A program made the position numbers and the translations under genes. The notes below the pieces were generated by a model. The model searched no databases. It was not told the origin of the DNA and saw nothing but the letters and a program-made list of their open reading frames with translations. DNA of 64,000 nt from Candidatus Kapaibacterium sp. (GTDB lineage: Bacteria > Bacteroidota > Ignavibacteria > Kapaibacteriales > UBA2268): assembly GCA_963664875.1 (NCBI GenBank), contig OY761611.1, forward strand, positions 2,784,001 through 2,848,000, given 5' to 3'. This document shows, piece after piece, positions 39,431 through 47,826 of the stretch (position 1 is the stretch's first letter; every line of letters starts with the position of its first letter).

Positions 39431-40870
39431 ATGAAGTATTCTTATATCATTAAAGCAACTTTGGTGGCAGCGTTAGCCATATTTATACTCTCCTGCGGTT
39501 CATCGCGAAAGACCGGTTTTGAATTGCAGCAGGAGCTATACAGTATAGATGAAACAGATACATCGCAAAAAGAGGAAATTTATCTAAAAGGCACAAAGCC
39601 GATAGACTCCTCCGATGTTTCCAAGCTGATTTATGATATTTGGAGAATTAAAACAAATCAGTATCCCGATACAATCAAAGCATTCGCCCGCGTTTATGAT
39701 TCTTTAGGCTACTTTATTACCAACATGGCAGATCCGTATAAGAAAAATCCGGATGATAACTTCTTTATTCGAATGGATGAGAAATTAGGTAAGGTTTATA
39801 ATGTTAGAGATGTGAATGTACCGGAATTTACAGTCAGAGAGTTTGGAGCAAATGACTCAATAGCTTATAATATCGTCATGTCGGTTGATTACAGCGGCTC
39901 AATGGATGCAGTGATGCAGGCAATATTTGAGGGCACAAATCTTTTTGTGGATATGAAATTCCCTTATGACAAGATAGGTATTACTTCCTTTAATAAAGAT
40001 TTTGATGTAAAAGTGCCTCTTATTCAAGATAAACAGCAGATACTGACTCTTTACAATGCCAAAAAGGAGCAGGGTTTTGGGCTGTTTTCAGGAGTTTATG
40101 ATGCTGTAGCTGAGTGCCTTACTATGTACGAAAATACACCGGAAGACTCTCCGAGAGTTTTGGTTCTTTTCTCAGATGGCGACGACAACTACTCAAAATC
40201 TGAAATTGGAGATTTAATAGAAAAAGCCAAACAAGATAATATCAATGTATTTTCAATAGCTTTCGGCTATTCTAAAGATGACAACCTCAAATATCTATCT
40301 GAATATACAGGCGGAAAGTTTTACAAAGCAAAAACAAAAGAAGATTTGATTGCTATTTTCCGCGATATATATATGAGTCTGAGATATTACTATCTAATTA
40401 CCTACCATCCTCCTAAGTTTTGGGGACATCACGAGGTCATAGCTTCTCTTGAGTTGCCCGGAAGAGAGGATACTCTTCGCGGATATGCAGAGTATGGCAC
40501 AGGGGACTTATTCCCTTGGGATAAAATTGGTAAAGCATTTGAAAGGCCTATACTTTTCGATTTTGACAGTGCGACTGTTAAATCTGAATCATATCCGGTG
40601 ATTGATGAAATAGTAGATGCCATGCTTTCGCGCCCGAAACTGAGATTAGAAGTACAAGGCCATACCGATAATGTCGGCGGAATTGAGTACAACCAAACTC
40701 TTTCTGACTTAAGAGCCTATGCAGTTGTCGAAGAGATAGCTAAAAGAGGTGTAGAACGTCGCAGATTGCGTGCAAGAGGCTTCGGTATGTCAGTTCCTAT
40801 AGCTCCAAACTCAACCGAAGAGGGAAGAGCAAAAAACAGAAGAACAGAATTTGTAATATTAGCTAAATAG
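39431..40870 (+). CDS. vWA plus OmpA domain lipoprotein
   Basis: LSC lipobox; MIDAS DYSGS, FSDGDD; C-terminal GHTDN, N..LS..RA, NRRTE. Confidence 0.88.
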   Translation: MKYSYIIKATLVAALAIFILSCGSSRKTGFELQQELYSIDETDTSQKEEIYLKGTKPIDSSDVSKLIYDIWRIKTNQYPDTIKAFARVYDSLGYFITNMADPYKKNPDDNFFIRMDEKLGKVYNVRDVNVPEFTVREFGANDSIAYNIVMSVDYSGSMDAVMQAIFEGTNLFVDMKFPYDKIGITSFNKDFDVKVPLIQDKQQILTLYNAKKEQGFGLFSGVYDAVAECLTMYENTPEDSPRVLVLFSDGDDNYSKSEIGDLIEKAKQDNINVFSIAFGYSKDDNLKYLSEYTGGKFYKAKTKEDLIAIFRDIYMSLRYYYLITYHPPKFWGHHEVIASLELPGREDTLRGYAEYGTGDLFPWDKIGKAFERPILFDFDSATVKSESYPVIDEIVDAMLSRPKLRLEVQGHTDNVGGIEYNQTLSDLRAYAVVEEIAKRGVERRRLRARGFGMSVPIAPNSTEEGRAKNRRTEFVILAK

Positions 40871-41404
40871 ATGAGAAAAATGGAAAGAAAAGATTTGGCA
40901 AAAGCCATATATGATGCTGCCTATATCACAGGCGAATTCAAATTGCGATCAGGTGTAAAAAGCAACGAATATTTCGATAAATATCAATTCGAAGCTCGCC
41001 CGCAAATCTTAGATGCAATTGCGGACAAATTGAAAGATATGATTCCTGAGGGAACTGACATACTGGGTGCTTTAGAGATGGGAGGTATTCCAATCGCAAC
41101 TGCTATATCTTTGAAAACAGGTATCCCTTGCGTATTCGTTAGAAAAGAAGCTAAAGAATACGGCACAGCAAAATTTGCTGAAGGACCAAGCATTGAAGGA
41201 AAAAATGTACTTATTGTAGAAGACGTTGTAACAAGCGGTGGTCAGATTATAATCTCTACTAAAGACTTGCGCAACTTAGGTGCAAACATTACAAAAGCAA
41301 TTTGTGTAATCAACCGCGAATCGGGCGGTGTTGAGAAATTAGCCGAAGATGGAATAGAGCTAAATGCACTGTTTACAATGACCGAGCTAAAAGCAAGCAA
41401 ATAA
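40871..41404 (+). CDS. pyrE: Orotate phosphoribosyltransferase
   Basis: GEFKLRSG..S..YFDK, VRKEAKEYG, VEDVVTSG. Confidence 0.95.
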   Translation: MRKMERKDLAKAIYDAAYITGEFKLRSGVKSNEYFDKYQFEARPQILDAIADKLKDMIPEGTDILGALEMGGIPIATAISLKTGIPCVFVRKEAKEYGTAKFAEGPSIEGKNVLIVEDVVTSGGQIIISTKDLRNLGANITKAICVINRESGGVEKLAEDGIELNALFTMTELKASK

Positions 41405-41427
41405 AAAAAAATGCCTGTAAATATTTG

Positions 41428-41470
41428 AAAAGCAGAAACCTTAGTGATTTACTTCGGATTCTGCTTTTCT
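41428..41470 (+). terminator. Intrinsic terminator
   Basis: AAAGCAGAA...TTCTGCTTTT. Confidence 0.55.
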
Positions 41471-41722
41471 GTTTTTTATTGAAGCTAAAAGTTTATTACG
41501 CTTTATAAAAAGATTTACTATTGCTATAGAATATCTGAAAGTTAGAATCCAGAGAATAAAATAGTAACCTTGATATTTAGGTTTTGGGAAATATGCTTGA
41601 AAATTGTCAAAAGCAAATTGAAGCTCATGCTTTTAATCTCCGTGCAATTAATTTTAGTTTTGCAAAATATTATCTTATATTAAGTTAATTGGAAAATGTG
41701 TATTTATTTTGAGAGTACTGCT

Positions 41723-43783
41723 ATGAAAAGGTCTATGCTTTTGATGCTCGCAATTCTATTGACTTGCGCTTTTGTTTTAACTTCTTGTGGAGACTCTGAT
41801 TCTACCGGTCCGGATAATCCGCCAGTTGTCAATCCTGTATCTGAAACAGTAAAACAGGAAATATCTAAGGATTTCGACGGAGCTGACCTTGAGTTTACTT
41901 TTGAAAATGGATTGACAGTCTTTGTTAACTCGGCAGACAATCCTTCTGTCAAGGGCAAGATAACTATTAGACTAATGGACGAAGAACAGTTTTTCAATGG
42001 CGATAATCTGTTTGTGCTCGATTTTGCTAAAACGGCAATCGATGTTAAATATAAGTATGAAATAACTGCACTGCCCAATTTAGTCAAAGAAGATATTTCG
42101 ATTATTTCTTATTCTCCTGATGAGTCGCTCCAAGAGTTGAAGGCAGGACTAATCAACTTTAACTATGATGCAGGCACCGGGCTAATAAACGGGGAGTACA
42201 ATTTTGCAGGGAAACCATCTTCAGGCAAAGGGGCTACTTTGCTGGCAGGAAAAGATTATTCCCGTATTGTTGTTTCTTATACCGATAGGATGAAAATGGC
42301 TGAGGGCGACGAAGAACTTGCATTACAAATGCCTTTTTATGAGCAACCCGGCTCTTCTTGCTGGGCTACTTGTGCAGAAATGATGAGCCATGCCTATGCT
42401 AATCCTAAAGATAATTACTATACAAATAAAATTACAGAGTTTGTGAAGTATATCGGGCATAATTCTCTAAATGAGGGTATTGGTCTTTGGGATTTTAAAA
42501 GAAATTTGACTAAAGCTATAAATCTTTATGGAAAAACAAACACAGAGGTATCTACATTTGTCTCTAAGTCTTCACTGCTTGAAGAAATAATTACAAAACT
42601 CAACGAGCAGAAACCAATGATTCTGAATCTGACTTATCCCAATGTCGGACGCCATGCTGTAATGGTCATTGGCTATAAAAAAGAGCAGATATCAGCTTCA
42701 AAACTTGCTGTGAAACTGCTTATCCATAATCCGCAAAATATGAGCGGTGAAGCTATGAATAAGTGGGTGGATTTTGATTGGCTAATGAAAGAGAAAGCGA
42801 TGACAGAGGCTTATCAAATCCTTTACTCTAACTCGGCAATGCCTACACGAACTCCGGTTACAGTCGGTATGCCAATTGAAAGAGAACTTGGAGACATGAA
42901 TTTTGTGGTAAGCTCTAAAGGTAAGAAATACACAATAGGAATGGTTTACGACAAAGCTCAAGAAGATGGTTACAGCTGGGCTTTTGCAAATGGAGATATA
43001 TGCAAAGTGTTGCCGGATACGAGTTCTGCTTTTGCTTTTAGCCTACCTGTTTATAATGCCGGAGCTGCGGATAAAGAACTTAATTATATTATCAAGATGA
43101 TTAACAACACCTCAGGAAAGACTGTTGCTGAAATCAAAGAAACACATACGGCAATAATGGGTAATTCAAAAATAGATGGAGAGTTGCCAATAAATATTTA
43201 TGGTGGCAGTGATGTGGTGAAAGGTGCTATCTCAGTAACTATCGAAGACAAAAGCACCGGTGCATTTTTGGATGGTTTTAGAATAGATTTTCAAATTGAC
43301 AGAAGAAACTTGATAATACTTCCATACTTTAGTCTTGATTATGTCAAGCTTGTTGATGATAATGGAGTAGAATACTATAATATGGATGTCGCCATTTCTG
43401 ATTTGCCGTTGAAGAGAAGCGGTAAAGCTTACTCAGGCAGTAGAACAAGAACATTTGTCAATTCGTGGGGTGATCAGGTATTAGCGGAAGAAAATCTGGA
43501 ATTTGCATTTGACAAAGAAGATAATCCGACTAATTTCAATTACATCAATGTGTTTATTACATACTCTCATGCAGTGACAGGCAAATTGGCTGAAAGCTAT
43601 AATATTAAGTTTGTGAATGTTCCTGCGAAGTTAGCCCGTCAGGACATCAAAGGTTGGTATTCTGTCAAAGGAGATGATGTATGTGGCAATATAGACTTCT
43701 TTGAAGTAATCGATTCCGGTGTATTTACGAATTATAAATGCTCAAGTACTTCCGGAATGTCTATCAATTTTGTCGGCTTTTGA
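41723..43783 (+). CDS. Lipoprotein with central papain-like (C39-like) cysteine peptidase domain
   Basis: LTSC lipobox; PFYEQPGSSCWATCAEM (Q...C), GRHAVMVIGY (H), IHNP. Confidence 0.75.
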   Translation: MKRSMLLMLAILLTCAFVLTSCGDSDSTGPDNPPVVNPVSETVKQEISKDFDGADLEFTFENGLTVFVNSADNPSVKGKITIRLMDEEQFFNGDNLFVLDFAKTAIDVKYKYEITALPNLVKEDISIISYSPDESLQELKAGLINFNYDAGTGLINGEYNFAGKPSSGKGATLLAGKDYSRIVVSYTDRMKMAEGDEELALQMPFYEQPGSSCWATCAEMMSHAYANPKDNYYTNKITEFVKYIGHNSLNEGIGLWDFKRNLTKAINLYGKTNTEVSTFVSKSSLLEEIITKLNEQKPMILNLTYPNVGRHAVMVIGYKKEQISASKLAVKLLIHNPQNMSGEAMNKWVDFDWLMKEKAMTEAYQILYSNSAMPTRTPVTVGMPIERELGDMNFVVSSKGKKYTIGMVYDKAQEDGYSWAFANGDICKVLPDTSSAFAFSLPVYNAGAADKELNYIIKMINNTSGKTVAEIKETHTAIMGNSKIDGELPINIYGGSDVVKGAISVTIEDKSTGAFLDGFRIDFQIDRRNLIILPYFSLDYVKLVDDNGVEYYNMDVAISDLPLKRSGKAYSGSRTRTFVNSWGDQVLAEENLEFAFDKEDNPTNFNYINVFITYSHAVTGKLAESYNIKFVNVPAKLARQDIKGWYSVKGDDVCGNIDFFEVIDSGVFTNYKCSSTSGMSINFVGF

Positions 43784-43990
43784 TATTGAATATCTGATTT
43801 ATAGCTGAAATATCATTTGAATCGGAATTTATTCGACATAAGTAACAGTGGGAATAAGATATAAGTAAATTCTCCTTTTGACTGAACAGGTTTATTCTGC
43901 CGTTGTCCCTACAATACTGACGGCAGCTGTGATATTGAAGGGCTACTTTAATATTCCGGTTGAATATGCAGAATGTTATAAGTTCTATAC

Positions 43991-44089
43991 TTTTATGACC
44001 TGAGGACAGAATTGAGAGCCAATAGTAATGCTGCCAATTATTTTGGTAAAGAGCATGGAGTTCATTGGAATTTTAGAAAATAGCCTTTA
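43991..44089 (+). pseudogene. Decayed C-terminal tip of a probable RHS-type polymorphic toxin
   Basis: Frame reads FYDLRTELRANSNAANYFGKEHGVHWNFRK*PL, resembling the recalled TE-x-x-AN...YF...W...YP ending of Bacteroidota RHS tips; it sits directly before an immunity-like lipoprotein. Confidence 0.45.
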
Positions 44090-44108
44090 TTATTGGAGGA
44101 ACAAATTG

Positions 44109-44531
44109 ATGTACAAATACTATATATATATAATTTTATCATTATTGTGTTCGTGTAAAGATATTTCAATGGAACCGACTGATTATACTTTATATTTCCA
44201 AAACAAAGGAAATCATAGTATTGTATTATTATTTGGAAATGGACAGTGCTCTACTGTATCTTATCCAGAATTGTTACCACAATCTGACCTTTGGAAAAAA
44301 TGTTCCAAAACCTTACTCAAAGAAACAAGTTTTGTTTATTCCATTGATAGACATTGGGATGAATATTTAGATACTTTCCCTAATGATACAATGGCAGTAT
44401 TTGTTTTTGATCCGGATACTCTAGAAGCGTATCCATGGGAAGTTATCCGAGACGAATATAAAGTTCTTAAGACACATTTTATTACAATAGATGATGTTTT
44501 GAAGTCAGATACGATTGTAATTTATCCTTGA
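44109..44531 (+). CDS. Hypothetical lipoprotein, putative immunity protein
   Basis: GGAGG RBS; LCSC lipobox; DTMAVFVFDPDTLEAYPWEVIRDEYKVL...IYP. Confidence 0.7.
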   Translation: MYKYYIYIILSLLCSCKDISMEPTDYTLYFQNKGNHSIVLLFGNGQCSTVSYPELLPQSDLWKKCSKTLLKETSFVYSIDRHWDEYLDTFPNDTMAVFVFDPDTLEAYPWEVIRDEYKVLKTHFITIDDVLKSDTIVIYP

Positions 44532-44535
44532 TAAA

Positions 44536-44570
44536 GAGAAAACCAAATGAAAATTAAACACAAAAAAATA
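44536..44570 (+). repeat. Signal-peptide-stub repeat, copy A (partial)
   Basis: GAGAAAAC-N3-ATGAAAATTAAACACAAAAAA matches the start of copy B. Confidence 0.7.
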
Positions 44571-44637
44571 ACAAATAAGATAGGGTTGTTAGAACTAATT
44601 GTACAAGTCAATTTGTATTTCAATTATGAGATGTTTA

Positions 44638-45174
44638 ATGAAAGAATTTAATATAAATTTCTATCTACACTTCACAGTGTTTATGCTTTTATTGCAAGGT
44701 TGCGCGATTATGTGTGATTGTGATCAAGAACCAGCTCCCACATTAGAAGTAGTGGAAAATAATAGTGATATTTTGCGGCTTGATGGATATTATTTTGATA
44801 GTCCTGAAGATATTGATTATATAAGTTATTGTTTTGTACTATACAAAAATGGAATTGCTTTATATTCTTTTGGAGTAGATAGGGGTGATGCAATTTCTGG
44901 TAATATAGAATTCGACAATGCCCCAGAAGATAAACAAATATGGTATAGTTATTTTTTGACTGATGACGATATTCTGATACAGGGATGGGCACCTTCAATG
45001 AAATGCAATGGCACATTAATTACACATAAAGGGAAAGTCTTAAGTGATACTACATTTGAATTGACACATAGAGCATATGACACAGACGAATTTTATAAAT
45101 TAGACAAACCTATTCTTTATACTTTTGTCCCGTATGAAAATAAACCAGATAGTACTAATATCTTCATTCCATAA
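44638..45174 (+). CDS. Hypothetical lipoprotein, putative immunity protein
   Basis: LQGC lipobox; LRLDGYYF...FVLYKNGI...KPDSTNIFIP. Confidence 0.7.
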   Translation: MKEFNINFYLHFTVFMLLLQGCAIMCDCDQEPAPTLEVVENNSDILRLDGYYFDSPEDIDYISYCFVLYKNGIALYSFGVDRGDAISGNIEFDNAPEDKQIWYSYFLTDDDILIQGWAPSMKCNGTLITHKGKVLSDTTFELTHRAYDTDEFYKLDKPILYTFVPYENKPDSTNIFIP

Positions 45175-45178
45175 TACC

Positions 45179-45264
45179 GAGAAAACAGAATGAAAAATAA
45201 ACACAAAAAACTAGTCATAATGCTACTATTAGCATTGCTGCAAACTTGAAGTTTGCTCGCACAG
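45179..45264 (+). repeat. Signal-peptide-stub repeat, copy B
   Basis: Encodes MKNKHKKLVIMLLLALLQT*SLLAQ from ATG 45190. Confidence 0.85.
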
Positions 45265-45339
45265 CACACGATAACTTTAGGATATGACACTTCAGATGCT
45301 CCATTCTTTTATAATGTTAATTTACCATTGAGAAAATAA

Positions 45340-46128
45340 ATGAAATATCTAATTTTATTTTTGTTTTGCTTTCTTAGTTTGAAGTCTAACGAAGTTGGTA
45401 TCAAAGGGTACAAAGAATTTTGGAATAACAATACACAAATAGAGGATTTTCCGTGTTTGTTCTTGATTTTAGAAGGTAATAATTATGAGGTAGGCCTAAA
45501 TACAGGCGAAGAATTTTATCACCATACGATTCTTGGAGGGCAATTTTCTATTAAAAATGACACGGTAAAATTTAAAGATTTATTTTATAATGTGGAGTTT
45601 ACAGGCACTATATCTGATAGTACTTTTGTGTTTCACAATACAAGAACATTTCTTGACAGCATGCAATTATCTCTATTTACTCAGGATACAGCCACTCAAT
45701 TCGTTCACACAGTTCTAGAAGATACTGTAAACGCAAAACATTATTTGGTTCAATGGTTAACAAATAGCAAGAAAGGTTTAGAAGAATTATCTGCCTTACA
45801 AAAGGAGACTAATCTCAAAGTACCAGGCAAATATGAAGTAATCATATATGGTGCAAAGAAATATAGATATGTGTTTGTCTTAAAAAACAATTCTACTTTT
45901 GAATATTATTTTAACAATAGAAAGATTGCTAAAGGAAAGTTTTACTGTAAGTCAGGTAGAATTTATTTTAAGTTTTTTGGAAAATATTTTGAGGGTATCA
46001 TCACTGGCAAGGACTCTTTTATCTACTGCCAATTACCTGGATTTCACAAAGATGGTTACAAATATTACCATTTTAATAAAGTAACACCTAAGGACACCAC
46101 AAAATGCAAAATAAACACAAAAAACTAG
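45340..46128 (+). CDS. Hypothetical exported protein, putative immunity protein
   Basis: Signal peptide; internally duplicated beta-rich motif (L..N.YE....G.F....D.V.F). Confidence 0.7.
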   Translation: MKYLILFLFCFLSLKSNEVGIKGYKEFWNNNTQIEDFPCLFLILEGNNYEVGLNTGEEFYHHTILGGQFSIKNDTVKFKDLFYNVEFTGTISDSTFVFHNTRTFLDSMQLSLFTQDTATQFVHTVLEDTVNAKHYLVQWLTNSKKGLEELSALQKETNLKVPGKYEVIIYGAKKYRYVFVLKNNSTFEYYFNNRKIAKGKFYCKSGRIYFKFFGKYFEGIITGKDSFIYCQLPGFHKDGYKYYHFNKVTPKDTTKCKINTKN

Positions 46129-46178
46129 TTATAATGTTACTATTGGCATTGTTGCAAACTTCGAGTTTGCTCGCACAA
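46104..46178 (+). repeat. Signal-peptide-stub repeat, copy C
   Basis: Encodes MQNKHKKLVIMLLLALLQTSSLLAQ; 67/75 nt identical to copy B. Confidence 0.85.
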
Positions 46179-46334
46179 AATACCTTTCATAATGGTTGAG
46201 GCTTCCATAAACATATTGTATCATTTTATTGCACAAAAAGGTGGATTTTATTATCCTGTTGGTGTTGCCCCGGGGCAAATATCTGCAATAAAGACTTAAC
46301 AGTATTTTCTAAAGGCATTTTATATTGACACAGA

Positions 46335-46372
46335 AAAGCCCTTCAGCATTTACGATATGTGTTGAAGGGCTT
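46335..46372. terminator. Terminator hairpin
   Basis: AAGCCCTTCAGCA...TGTTGAAGGGCTT. Confidence 0.7.
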
Positions 46373-46414
46373 GTAGATTTATGTTTTAGGAGTAATACTC
46401 ACATAGAGTTTTGA

Positions 46415-47365
46415 CTAAACAGTCGCCATATTCCTTTCAATTAGAGTTCGGACTACATCTAATAATTCGCCAATCTGAGGTTTTGTCATTTGTGCATCTG
46501 CACCTACTGATTGACCTTTATGCAAAATATCATCTGAAACTATCGAAGAGAAAATTACAACCGGTAATTTCTTGAGTTTATCATCATTTTTAATGTGTTT
46601 TGTTAAAGTATATCCGTCCATACCCGGCATTTCAATATCAGTAATAACCACATTCACCAAATCGTCAAGGTTAGCACCATTTGCTACCGATTGGGAAATT
46701 TCACGCATTTTATTCCAAGCTGACTCTCCGTCTCTGAAAGATATAATTTCGAAGCCTGCTTTTTTTAGCCTTTCAGTTATCAATTTGCGGATAAGGGAAG
46801 AATCTTCAGCTGTTACGGCAATAGGTTTATGGTCAAAGAACTTTTCTTGATTAGAAGCGTCCATCGCACTTGCAGGATCAATGTCTGCCACAATTTTTTC
46901 GACGTCAAGCATCAAAATGTGTCTATCTTCAAAGTTGATTAGACCGACAACTGTGGATTTTTCGGGATTGAATTCTTCCATAGTGTCCGGCGACATAATT
47001 TGCTTCCACGATATTCTGTGTATTCGCTGCACATCTTCTACAATAAAGCCAACCTGCACTTTGTTAAATTCAGCAATTATCATTTTCTTTTTATCGAAGT
47101 CTTCTTCGATGCCATAAAGAAATTTTCCTAAATCTACAGCCGGAATTACATGACCTCTGAGGTTGAATACACCGCAGACCATATCCGGCAAGCTTGGCAT
47201 ATATGTCAAATCAGGCATCCTTATGATTTCTCTTACCTTAGCAACATTCACACCATAGGATTGCTTCTTAGGACGCCCGGCTCTATCATTGAAACCAATA
47301 ATAAACTCTACGATTTCTAATTCGTTAGTGCCTGACTCTAAAAGGATGTTGGTCTTTACACTCAT
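46415..47365 (-). CDS. cheV: Chemotaxis protein CheV (CheW plus receiver domain)
   Basis: LESGTNELEIVEF, YGVNVAKVREI, AEDS, TDIEMPGMDG. Confidence 0.95.
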   Translation of the reverse strand: MSVKTNILLESGTNELEIVEFIIGFNDRAGRPKKQSYGVNVAKVREIIRMPDLTYMPSLPDMVCGVFNLRGHVIPAVDLGKFLYGIEEDFDKKKMIIAEFNKVQVGFIVEDVQRIHRISWKQIMSPDTMEEFNPEKSTVVGLINFEDRHILMLDVEKIVADIDPASAMDASNQEKFFDHKPIAVTAEDSSLIRKLITERLKKAGFEIISFRDGESAWNKMREISQSVANGANLDDLVNVVITDIEMPGMDGYTLTKHIKNDDKLKKLPVVIFSSIVSDDILHKGQSVGADAQMTKPQIGELLDVVRTLIERNMATV

Positions 47366-47826
47366 ATACAACTCCGGAATAAGCTTAAATATATAGTAAT
47401 ATACGATAAATCTGTTTATAAATTATAAAGAATATCCACTTTATTTTGCAGGCTCTCTTGCTTAGGTATATCTATGTGTATTTAGTACTTTAAAAATTGA
47501 GTGAAGAGACGGCTCCAAAATATAATTTGCACAGTTTGAAAACAATCTGCATCGTCTAAATTTGTCTTTGCCATAAGCCATGCACATATTCTCACAAAAT
47601 CTAATATACATTAAGAAAAAGTAGGTAATTTGCGGAATTGTGTTTAGCAGAAAATAGAAAGAACATACCTGCTAAACTGCTATGTATCTTTAAAATTGAG
47701 TATGCCTGTTAATAACAAAAACAAGAAAATTACGTAAACAAACTTTGGGTTTCATCACTCATTTTATTTTAAACCACCAGAGTTATGATTGGGTCTAAGA
47801 GAAAATCACTATTCATCGGAGAAAGA

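Noticed and set aside
44028-44108. Extended N-terminus of the 44028 ORF
   Set aside because: The RBS and lipoprotein signal indicate a start at 44109; the upstream DNA belongs to the toxin-tip relic in another frame
44536-46178. Repeats read as integron attC sites or a CRISPR array
   Set aside because: Spacing is gene-sized. There is no RYYYAAC...GTTRRRY long hairpin, only a 7-bp GCAAACT/AGTTTGC stem. Differences between copies are mostly synonymous, indicating coding origin. No intI or cas gene is in the window.
47372-47450. Sigma28 promoter for cheV
   Set aside because: No TAAA-N15-GCCGATAA-like match with correct spacing on the minus strand
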